This document shows, piece by piece, positions 1 through 7,622 of a stretch of 58,602 nucleotides of DNA (the stretch's first letter is position 1; each line of letters opens with the position of its first letter). A program made the translations under genes and the position numbers. The DNA lies in NCBI GenBank assembly GCA_023129575.1, contig JAGMBS010000001.1, positions 1 to 58,602 on the forward strand, written 5' to 3'. This DNA is from Minisyncoccota bacterium (GTDB taxonomy: Bacteria > Patescibacteriota > Minisyncoccia > Phycocordibacterales > UBA12079). The notes beneath the pieces are model-generated. The model saw only the letters and a list, made by a program, of their open reading frames with translations, made no database searches and had not been told where the DNA came from.

Positions 1-50
1 CTATCGCTATTGTCTTTTTCAAAAATAAGGGCTATTCTATATATAATAAA

Positions 51-1571
51 ATGAACGATGTCAAGAACATTATTTCCTCAATGGAAGAATCCGGCGAGCA
101 GGATTTGTCCTTAATCGCCAAGGCCTATAATTTCGCTGAAAAAGCCCATACAGGCCAGAAAAGATATTCCGGCGAGCCGTATTTTAATCACGCCTACGCG
201 ACCGGCAAAAATTTGGCCGAGCTGGGAATGAGCGCCACCGTCATCGCCGCCGGCCTCTTGCACGATGTTGTGGAAGACGCCGACATCACGCCGGAAGAAA
301 TAGAAAAAGGATTTGGAAAAGAAATTCTTTTTCTTGTGGAGGGTGTCACCAAATTGGGAACTATCCGTTTCCAAGGGTTAAAACGGCACGCCGAAAGTTT
401 AAGAAAACTGTTTATCGCTTCCTCCCAAGATATTCGTGTTCTGATTATCAAATTAGCCGACCGCGTCCATAATATGGAAACACTCCAATATGTCCCCGAA
501 GTAAAACAACTTCGCATCGCCACCGAGACATTGGAAATTTTTGCCCCGCTGGCTTACCGCTTGGGAATGGGAATTCTAAATCGCAAACTGGAAGACCTCT
601 CTTTTCCTTTTGTTTATCCTAAAGAAAATGAAAAGGTCCGGGAAATAATAAAGGAAAGAAAAAATGAAAATATAGAATCGTTAAAAAAAGTGGACCGCGC
701 CATAAAAAAAAGATTGGCCCGAGACGGCATCACGAATATAAAAACCAATTACAGAACCAAGGGCTTATACAGTTTGTATAAAAAACTGGAGCGGAAACAT
801 TGGGATATTGATAAAATTTATGATGTGGCCGCCTTAAGAATTATCGTTCCGACGCCCAGCGATTGTTATAAGGTCTTGGGAATTATCCACGGTTTTAGAA
901 GACCTTTGCCGGGACGAATAAAAGATTATATCGCTTTCCCAAAACCAAACGGCTACCAAAGCATCCACACCACTATTTTTACCCGTTTTGGAACCATAGT
1001 GGAAATTCAATTGCGAACGGCCGAAATGCACCGGGAAGCCGAATATGGAATTGCTTCGCATTTGTCGTATAAAGACGGAATCAGCCATGATAATAGAAAA
1101 AATATCAGCAATGTTTGGATAAAGCAATTTTTGCCTTATATTTATAAACTCAATGACGCAAGCAAAAACCAAAGCCAACGCCAGAACGGCGAAAATATTC
1201 CCGACTGGATTAAAAAATTAGCCAACCAACAAGGCAATGCCAAGTCCAAAGAATTTATAGAGGAATTAAAAAGGGATTTTTTTGAGCACAGAGTTTTTGT
1301 TTTTACTCCCAAGGGCGATGTGATTGACTTGCCGGCCGATTCCAGCCCGGTTGATTTCGCTTACGCCATTCACTCCGATATTGGCGACCATCTGCACGGC
1401 GCCAAAGTTCACGGCAAATTGGTTTCCCTTGACACTAAACTGCAAAACGGCGATATTGTGGAAATTGTGACTAAAAAAGACATCACGCCTACCCAAAAAT
1501 GGCTTGAGGTGGTAAAAACCGCCGACGCCAAAAGACATATCAAATCCTTGCTGAAAAAAAGGGAAAACTAA
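51..1571 (+). CDS. rel: RelA/SpoT-family (p)ppGpp synthetase/hydrolase (HD + synthetase + TGS, no ACT domain)
   Basis: 506-aa ORF. HD hydrolase motif LLHDVVED, synthetase core GYQSIHTT / VEIQLRTAEMH, and TGS domain VFVFTPKGDVIDLP...GDIVEIVT. The ORF ends soon after TGS. Confidence 0.9.
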   Translation: MNDVKNIISSMEESGEQDLSLIAKAYNFAEKAHTGQKRYSGEPYFNHAYATGKNLAELGMSATVIAAGLLHDVVEDADITPEEIEKGFGKEILFLVEGVTKLGTIRFQGLKRHAESLRKLFIASSQDIRVLIIKLADRVHNMETLQYVPEVKQLRIATETLEIFAPLAYRLGMGILNRKLEDLSFPFVYPKENEKVREIIKERKNENIESLKKVDRAIKKRLARDGITNIKTNYRTKGLYSLYKKLERKHWDIDKIYDVAALRIIVPTPSDCYKVLGIIHGFRRPLPGRIKDYIAFPKPNGYQSIHTTIFTRFGTIVEIQLRTAEMHREAEYGIASHLSYKDGISHDNRKNISNVWIKQFLPYIYKLNDASKNQSQRQNGENIPDWIKKLANQQGNAKSKEFIEELKRDFFEHRVFVFTPKGDVIDLPADSSPVDFAYAIHSDIGDHLHGAKVHGKLVSLDTKLQNGDIVEIVTKKDITPTQKWLEVVKTADAKRHIKSLLKKREN

Positions 1572-1601
1572 AAAGCGTTCGCCTGCGGCGAACGCTTTTT
1601 T
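1571..1601. terminator. Bidirectional rho-independent terminator between convergent genes
   Basis: AGCGTTCGCC-tgc-GGCGAACGCT perfect 10-bp stem, flanked by an A-run on the left and a T-run on the right. It lies between the rel stop and the stop of the minus-strand gene. Confidence 0.8.
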
Positions 1602-1635
1602 AATTTATCTGATTGCGAATTTTGCCCAATCTTTT

Positions 1636-2241
1636 TTATAATTTTCGCAAATTACTTCTTTTGTAATTTTTGTAAGTTTCCTCTTTGTCTTTTTTTACCA
1701 ATTCCAGCACTTTTGCCACCAGCTTTTTGGGGTCGGAATCAAAAACAATTTTATCGTTTGGCCGATGGGCTTTTTCAATAATCGTCTGAATAATTTCGTC
1801 TGTCGCCCATTCGCCCTCCAAAATTCCAATTGGCTTGCCGTCCTCAAAAGCCACGGTAAATTCGTGAATAGTCCCAACTCGGCCGCAACCGAGCAAAACC
1901 GCATCCACGGATTTTGTGAGAAGCAAATCCCGGCCCGGATATCCAAAACCGGTGTAGATAATAAAATCCATATATTCGGTGGGAAGTTTGTAAAAATTAA
2001 TATGTTCCGCTTCCGTATCCGCCGGCGAAAATCCGATTGACACGCCGCCCTCTTCTTTCGCTCCCTTCGCCGCCCACAGAGGCAAACCGGTCGTCGCGCC
2101 GGTTATTAAAATACCGCCTTGGCGCGTGACCTCGCGTCCCAATTCTTCCATTTTAACGCTCGCTTCCGGACCGCAATGGCTGCTTTCCGCCGCGCCCGAC
2201 ACGCATATTTTCGGCTTTAAAAAATTTCCTTTTTTATCCAT
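1636..2241 (-). CDS. TIGR00725 / LOG (SLOG) superfamily Rossmann-fold protein
   Basis: 201 aa. ICVSGAA...GGILITGATTGLP...VLLGCGRVGTIHEF pattern typical of TIGR00725/lysine-decarboxylase-like (LOG) proteins. Confidence 0.7.
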   Translation of the reverse strand: MDKKGNFLKPKICVSGAAESSHCGPEASVKMEELGREVTRQGGILITGATTGLPLWAAKGAKEEGGVSIGFSPADTEAEHINFYKLPTEYMDFIIYTGFGYPGRDLLLTKSVDAVLLGCGRVGTIHEFTVAFEDGKPIGILEGEWATDEIIQTIIEKAHRPNDKIVFDSDPKKLVAKVLELVKKDKEETYKNYKRSNLRKL

Positions 2242-2281
2242 AGTTTTTTAAGTAATTAGTTTTTAGGTATTTAGGCATTTA

Positions 2282-2312
2282 GGAGGAAAATTTGCTTCGC
2301 AAATTTTCCTCC
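2282..2312. repeat. Perfect palindrome GGAGGAAAATTTGC-ttc-GCAAATTTTCCTCC (intergenic hairpin/terminator), related to 58250-58298
   Basis: 14-bp perfect stem read directly. The core GAAAATTTGC/GCAAATTTTC recurs between rpmI and rplT at the other end of the window. Confidence 0.7.
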
Positions 2313-2343
2313 ACCTTTAACTTTTCACTATAATATCAATTTT

Positions 2344-2778
2344 TTATCTTTTCGCAAGTATATATTTTTTAGAAATTAAAAGATATCCCACACTACCTCC
2401 GATAATATCCATCAATAAATCCAAACAGGTGTCCAAAATATGCCCCGTTTTAGGGACAGCCCCCATTACATACTCAAACACTTCCCACAAAACACCCACT
2501 CCGATAACAAGGACTAAAATAAGAATTGTAATCGAATATTTTTCTTTCACTTTTTTAAATTTTCTTTTGTAACCGGAAAAAAATAAAATGTAATAAGAAA
2601 CTAAAGCTATCCACAAGCCGCCCAAAAAATGCAACACCATATCAAACCACCAAAATCGCCAATACAGAAAATATTGGCCGGCCGCCAAATCCAAAGCAAA
2701 AATAATATAAATCAAAACTAATAAAATAATTGAAAATGATTTCTTTTGCATAATTAAAATAATTATAACACAATTCAA
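2344..2778 (-). CDS. Hypothetical integral membrane protein (about 4 TM segments)
   Basis: 144-aa ORF dominated by hydrophobic segments (LLVLIYIIFALDLAA, HFLGGLWIALVSYYILFF, ILILVLVIGVGVLW, LMDIIGGSVGYLLI). No family recognised. Confidence 0.55.
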   Translation of the reverse strand: MNCVIIILIMQKKSFSIILLVLIYIIFALDLAAGQYFLYWRFWWFDMVLHFLGGLWIALVSYYILFFSGYKRKFKKVKEKYSITILILVLVIGVGVLWEVFEYVMGAVPKTGHILDTCLDLLMDIIGGSVGYLLISKKYILAKR

Positions 2779-2784
2779 AATTCT

Positions 2785-2964
2785 GAGGTCCGTCTTCTAA
2801 ATTACCACCGAGATTTTGAGATTTGACCCTGCCAGCCGGCAGGCAGGATCTGAAATGTCATTGAATGTAATCGTTTAGCCACCCGAGGTCCGACTTCTGA
2901 ATTATCACTGAAGTTTATGCTCTATTCAGTATTCATTATACTACCACGGTTGAAGTCGGACCTC
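2785..2964. repeat. Three copies of GAGGTCCG(T/A)CTTC (two direct, one inverted) in the leader of the 2344-2778 gene
   Basis: Copies at 2785-2797, 2885-2897 and, inverted, 2952-2964. The first two sit in about 30-bp direct repeats. A small CCTGCC-agcc-GGCAGG hairpin lies between them. Confidence 0.7.
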
Positions 2965-3228
2965 TTTTTAATCAATATTCATTATTTAACCACTTTTGAG
3001 ATAGGACTTCTTTTGTCGCCATGAATTTAGTATCCTCTTTATTCAAAACCAAAAAAGTGGAAAAAGAACCCAAATATAGTACAATTATTGTTATATGAAA
3101 AATAATCTTACCGTCATCAAACCAAAAAAAACTTTCAGCTGGAATGACTTCAAAGAAATATAATATCACCCACCAAAAAGGTAGCTATGTTGCTATGCGA
3201 GATGTAATGGCGAAACTGACATATACGC

Positions 3229-3256
3229 TTGACAAATATTTGCATTCTGCTATATT
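3229..3256 (+). promoter_or_regulatory. Sigma-70-like promoter (TTGACA, 16-nt spacer, TATATT)
   Basis: Consensus -35 TTGACA at 3229-3234 and a -10-like TATATT at 3251-3256, read directly from the sequence. Confidence 0.5.
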
Positions 3257-3272
3257 TAAATCAACTAAAACC

Positions 3273-3310
3273 ATCCGCTCTGTGTCCTTCGGGGCGCACG
3301 GCGGATTTTT
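3273..3310 (+). terminator. Hairpin with TTCG tetraloop plus T-run (terminator or short structured transcript)
   Basis: ATCCGCTCTGTGTCC-TTCG-GGGCGCACGGCGGAT (15-position stem with 3 G-U pairs and 1 mismatch) followed by TTTTT. It starts about 17 nt downstream of the promoter -10 element. Confidence 0.5.
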
Positions 3311-3316
3311 AATTAT

Positions 3317-3537
3317 ATGATTGATAAAAAAAGAGTTGCCATATATATTGACGGGAGTAATTTTTACTTTAAATTAAAAACCCCTAAAATAAACATTAAA
3401 AAAATACGACCAAATTTGATTATAGAAAATTTTCTGAATGGCTCGCGCGCAAAAGAAGTATTGTTTCCTGCCGTTATTATATTGGAGTAGTTAAAGCGAA
3501 AAACGAAAACGAAAAAGGTCAAAAACTTATTTCCTAA
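3317..3537 (+). pseudogene. NYN/LabA-like domain gene remnant (frameshifted and 3'-truncated)
   Basis: Frame 1 gives MIDKKRVAIYIDGSNFYFKLK (typical NYN N-terminus). After an A7 run (3398-3404) the homology continues in another frame (KFDYRKFSEWLARKRSIVSCRYYIGVVKAK). It stops after only about 73 codons. Confidence 0.6.
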
Positions 3538-3949
3538 ATAATGCCAAAAATACAAAACTCTGTGTGGCTTGCTACTCACAAACCGTGAACCATAAACAAC
3601 ATCCACTCTACCATTTATTAATGGCCGGAGAAGATGATTGTATTCCTCTGGATCGTATTCCAAATCAGCATCTTGCACGACAATATAATCCCCCGTACTT
3701 AATAAAAATCCTAATCTTAAAGCTGAGCCCTTCCCCTCATTCTTTTCTTTGAAAAGAATTTTATACTTATCCGTCAATTTTTGTAGGATTTTTCTAGTGC
3801 CATCAGTAGAACAATCATCAATAATAATTGATCTCTTTTTTTATACCCTGTAATTCAACTTTTTCAACCAAATCTAACAATTCGGTAATTGTCTTTTCCT
3901 CATTATAAACAGGAATAATAATTGACAAAGTTTTTTCTTTGGAATTCAT
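3514..3949 (-). pseudogene. GT2 (Dpm1/polyprenol-phosphate glycosyltransferase-like) pseudogene, frameshifted and 3'-truncated
   Basis: From ATG at 3949: MNSKEKTLSIIIPVYNEEKTI...ELQGIKKE. A frameshift follows in a 7-nt homopolymer (T7 on the plus strand, 3836-3842). The next frame reads IIIDDCSTDGTRKIL...QDADLEYDPEE...GSRF...GNKFLTF. GT2 similarity ends near 3514, where the NYN remnant runs antisense. Confidence 0.7.
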
Positions 3950-3970
3950 ATGATCATAAATTAGTTAATT

Positions 3971-5785
3971 TTATATTTTCATATTATAAACCTTTGAAAA
4001 ATAAGTTCCTTTTTGTTCCAAGAGCTTATCGGGTTTTCCTGACTCAATAATCTGACCATTTTCTATAACAAACAATTTATCTACATTTCGCACAGTAGAT
4101 AATCTATGAGCTATTGTTAAAATAGTTATTTTTTTATCTTTTTCTTCAAAAACTTTTTGAATAATTTTTTCAGATTCACTATCTAAAGCACTAGTAGCTT
4201 CATCTAGTAAAATAATTTGTGGTTTTTTAGCTAATGCTCGAGCTACCACAATTCTTTGTTTTTGCCCTCCAGAAAGCATCAATCCTCTTTCTCCTACTAC
4301 AGTATTTAATCCTTCTGGAAGTTCTTTTATAAAATTATAAATATAAGCTGATTTTGCTGCTTCAATTATATCTTCTTCACTTATTTTTTTATTTCTAAAT
4401 TTTATATTCTCTCTGATAGTATCATTTAATAAAAATATATCTTGTGGAACATAAGCTACATTTTTTCTCCAATCTTTTATTGAAATTTCTTTTATGTTTT
4501 TATTATCAAGAAGAATTTCTCCTTCCGTTGGATTAAAAAATCGCAATAACAAATCAAATAATGTAGATTTTCCTCCACCAGAAGGTCCAATAAAACCAAC
4601 CATCTCCCCTTTTTTTATTTCTAAATTTATTTTTTTAATAGCTTTTTTCCCACTTTCATATTCAAATGAAACATTTTTTATTTTAAGAGAATCTTTAAAC
4701 GAAAAATTATCTTCTCCATTTTCCATTTTCTTTTCTTCAAACTGAGTCGCCATTTCTTGATATTTTAAAACCTCTCTTACATAAGGAATAGACCCACTAA
4801 GTGAATGGAAGCTACTTAAAATATTTTGAATGAAAGAAAAGATTTGTCTAATCAAATAGACAACAGCAATTAACGCCCCGAGATTATATGCTGTCTGATA
4901 ATAAGCAAAAGCAACAACACAAGAAATAAAAATAACTCCTACTGGTTCTGTTATTATTCCAGAAACTCTTTGTGTTAAAAATGTTTTAATCTGCAAAAAA
5001 CGAAACTTTCTAAAAAGTTCCCCCCCAATTGACCCTACTTCTCCTTCTACCCCACTAGCTTTAACTGTCTTAATCCCACTAATATGTTCATTAATATGTT
5101 GCGCCACTTTTTTATTCAAAGATGCTATTTGCTTTGAATACTTTTTAGTTAACCCAAATAATGGTTTAAGAACTAAAATTAGAATCAAACCCAAAGAAAT
5201 AGTCATAAGGGTTATCGTTTGAGAAATATTTAAAGCAACAATAATATATACCAATAAATTTATTCCGACTATTAATAAACTAGCTAAAAGATCTATTACT
5301 CCTGTGCTAACAGCAACATCAGTCCGAATAACAGTTTCTAAATATCCTATTTTTTGTTTCATTAGGTATGACCAATCAGCCCGAAGAGATTTTTTAAAAA
5401 CTTTATCCATCATATCTTGCTGATATCTTGTTTTTATATGAATTCTTATATAATCAGAAAGATAAAGGACTCCGGCTTTTATAATAAATAAAATTGAAAT
5501 TAAAATTAAAACAGAAACCAAAGAAAAAGGAATACCTGCAAATAAAAAAGAATCCTTAATAAACCGCGAAATGACATCTGTTCCTGCTGAGGCTTCTCCT
5601 CCTTTTATAAAAAAAGAAAAAACAGGAATTAAAGCATTAATACCTAAAGCACTAGCAAAACTACTTAATATTCCAAGAAAAAAAAGAACGACCATATATT
5701 TTCTATATCCATCAAAAAGTGTCCAACCTATGTTAAGAATCTCTTTAAATTGATTAACTCTTAATTTTATATTAATATTAAACAT
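3971..5785 (-). CDS. Fused TMD-NBD ABC exporter (MsbA/PglK-like lipid-linked glycan or lipid flippase)
   Basis: 604 aa. N-terminal 6-TM region, Walker A GPSGGGKST, signature LSGGQKQR, Walker B ILLDEATSALD, H-loop TIAHRLST. Confidence 0.9.
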   Translation of the reverse strand: MFNINIKLRVNQFKEILNIGWTLFDGYRKYMVVLFFLGILSSFASALGINALIPVFSFFIKGGEASAGTDVISRFIKDSFLFAGIPFSLVSVLILISILFIIKAGVLYLSDYIRIHIKTRYQQDMMDKVFKKSLRADWSYLMKQKIGYLETVIRTDVAVSTGVIDLLASLLIVGINLLVYIIVALNISQTITLMTISLGLILILVLKPLFGLTKKYSKQIASLNKKVAQHINEHISGIKTVKASGVEGEVGSIGGELFRKFRFLQIKTFLTQRVSGIITEPVGVIFISCVVAFAYYQTAYNLGALIAVVYLIRQIFSFIQNILSSFHSLSGSIPYVREVLKYQEMATQFEEKKMENGEDNFSFKDSLKIKNVSFEYESGKKAIKKINLEIKKGEMVGFIGPSGGGKSTLFDLLLRFFNPTEGEILLDNKNIKEISIKDWRKNVAYVPQDIFLLNDTIRENIKFRNKKISEEDIIEAAKSAYIYNFIKELPEGLNTVVGERGLMLSGGQKQRIVVARALAKKPQIILLDEATSALDSESEKIIQKVFEEKDKKITILTIAHRLSTVRNVDKLFVIENGQIIESGKPDKLLEQKGTYFSKVYNMKI

Positions 5786-5843
5786 ATATATTTGTACATC
5801 TGGATTATAACAAATAATTCATTATAACTAAATACCAAAAAAA

Positions 5844-6329
5844 ATGGAAATAAAAAATTTTATTTTAGATATTGATGGGGTTTTTACAACTGGTCAATTT
5901 TTATATACAGCTAATGGGAAATTTGCAAAAGTCTTTGGGGCTCATGACAATGATGGAATAAAACTTATACGGAAATATTTAAACATTCATACAATTACAG
6001 CTGACAAGAGAGGTTTTGAAATCACTAAAAAAAGAATACATAACGATATGAAACTTAAATTTGACATAATCCCCGAGAAAGAAAGACTTTCGTGGCTTAA
6101 AGAAAATTTTGACTTATCAAAATCTGTGTACATGGGAGACGGAATTTATGATGCTGAAATATTTAAACATGTAGCTTATAGTATAGCCCCTAATAGCGCC
6201 TTTTATAAAGCCAAAGAAGAAGCAAACTTTGTAACCAGATCTAATGCGGGAGAGGGAGCTGTAGCAGAAGCATGTCTACATATTATAGATAAATTTTTCG
6301 AATTACCTGATAAAATTAAAAAAAACTAA
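5844..6329 (+). CDS. HAD-IIIA phosphatase, KdsC-like (sugar-phosphate phosphatase)
   Basis: 161 aa. ILDIDGVFTTG (DxDGV nucleophile motif), DNDGIK and YMGDGIYDAEIF motifs, as in the KDO-8-P phosphatase family. Confidence 0.75.
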   Translation: MEIKNFILDIDGVFTTGQFLYTANGKFAKVFGAHDNDGIKLIRKYLNIHTITADKRGFEITKKRIHNDMKLKFDIIPEKERLSWLKENFDLSKSVYMGDGIYDAEIFKHVAYSIAPNSAFYKAKEEANFVTRSNAGEGAVAEACLHIIDKFFELPDKIKKN

Positions 6330-6338
6330 CAAAAAAAT

Positions 6339-6893
6339 ATGTTTAAAAATACTTCAAAAAATATACTCGCTGAAATTGATCAAGTTTTATCAAAAACAAA
6401 AGAAGAGAAAGTTTCTCTTTTAATAGAAGAATTGTTAAAAGCTAAAGCAATAATAACCCTTGGCGCTGGAAGAGTAGGAATGGTAGCGAGAGCATTCGCA
6501 ATGAGATTAGGGCATCTTGGACTAAAAGCTTTTATGGTAGGAGATTCAACTGTTCCATCTATTGGAAAAGGAGATTTATTGCTTGTATGCTCTGGCTCAG
6601 GTGAAACACAAACTATCTTTGATCTTACCAAAATCGCGAAAAAAAACAGGGCAGTTATTGTTTTAATAACAGGAAATAAAAACTCAAGAATAGGAAAATT
6701 AGCTGATGTTACCGTAGAAATAAAAGCTCCTTCCAAAACCAAAAAAATTGCCGGATTTAATTCAATACAGCCAATGACTACCTTAAATGAACAATGTTTA
6801 TCAATATTTTTTGACAGTATTGTATTGCAACTTATGCAAGAAATGGATGAAACACACGAAACTATGTGGGCGAGACATTCAAATTTGGAATAA
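6339..6893 (+). CDS. SIS-domain sugar-phosphate isomerase, 6-phospho-3-hexuloisomerase (PHI/HxlB)-like
   Basis: 184 aa. GAGRVGMVARAFAMRLGHLG...LLLVCSGSGETQT matches the PHI-type single SIS domain. Confidence 0.75.
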   Translation: MFKNTSKNILAEIDQVLSKTKEEKVSLLIEELLKAKAIITLGAGRVGMVARAFAMRLGHLGLKAFMVGDSTVPSIGKGDLLLVCSGSGETQTIFDLTKIAKKNRAVIVLITGNKNSRIGKLADVTVEIKAPSKTKKIAGFNSIQPMTTLNEQCLSIFFDSIVLQLMQEMDETHETMWARHSNLE

Positions 6894-6920
6894 AATTTAT
6901 CAGAAATAAAATATTAAAAT

Positions 6921-7613
6921 ATGAATAAAAAAAACAAATCATATAAATTAGCGGCCTCTCTCGTGTGCGCCAATATTTTGAATTTAGAATCAGAAATAAA
7001 AAAACTTGAAAAAGGAAACATTGACTACATCCATTTTGATGTAATGGATGGAAATTTTGTGCCGCGCCTCGGACTTCACCCCGAAATTTTAAGAGCCGTA
7101 AAAACCCTAACAAAAATTCCTGTTGATGTGCATCTAATGATAGAAAATCCTGAGAAATTTATACCAGATTTTGTTGAAGCGGGGGGAGATATAATCGTTG
7201 TTCATGCAGAAACTACCAAGCATTTGCATAATGCCATAAAAATGATACGAGACAGGGGCGCCAAGGCGGGAGTTGCTCTTAACATCGCAACTCCCTTAAC
7301 TGTACTTGATTATCTTTTAAATGATATAGATCTTGTTATGTTAATGGCTATAAATCCCGGGATTCTTGGACACAAACTTATTCCCAAAACTATGGATAAA
7401 ATTAAAGAACTGAAAGAAAAACTTATTGACTATCCTGATATAATGATAGAAATTGATGGCGGTGTAAATCCTGAAAGCGCGCCGGAAATGATTAAAAATG
7501 GCGCTAACTTATTGGTTTGCGGCACTTCAATGATATTTAAGCCGGAGGTCAGTTTAGAAAAGAAAATACAAGAAGTAAGAAATAATATTGACGCAAAAAT
7601 TTACGCCGCATAA
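6921..7613 (+). CDS. rpe: Ribulose-phosphate 3-epimerase
   Basis: 230 aa. SLVCAN...IHFDVMDGNFVP...VHLM...IEIDGGV are classic Rpe TIM-barrel motifs. Confidence 0.9.
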   Translation: MNKKNKSYKLAASLVCANILNLESEIKKLEKGNIDYIHFDVMDGNFVPRLGLHPEILRAVKTLTKIPVDVHLMIENPEKFIPDFVEAGGDIIVVHAETTKHLHNAIKMIRDRGAKAGVALNIATPLTVLDYLLNDIDLVMLMAINPGILGHKLIPKTMDKIKELKEKLIDYPDIMIEIDGGVNPESAPEMIKNGANLLVCGTSMIFKPEVSLEKKIQEVRNNIDAKIYAA

Positions 7614-7622
7614 CATATTTAT

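Noticed and set aside
111-1538. ORFs of 87-114 aa on the minus strand inside the rel gene (111-374, 194-523, 834-1178, 1266-1538)
   Set aside because: They lie antisense to a confidently identified gene and have no recognisable motifs. Their composition is typical of shadow ORFs.
2785-2964. GAGGTCCG... repeats as SRP RNA, tmRNA or another housekeeping ncRNA
   Set aside because: The superficial AGGUCCG similarity to SRP domain IV is not accompanied by the conserved GGAA/GNAR loop context or a tRNA-like end. The sequence is a repeated motif, not one folded RNA.
2972-3169. 65-aa minus-strand ORF between the repeat region and the orphan promoter
   Set aside because: It is short, lacks motifs and lies in a region full of decay products. 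It could be a small membrane peptide, but there is no support.
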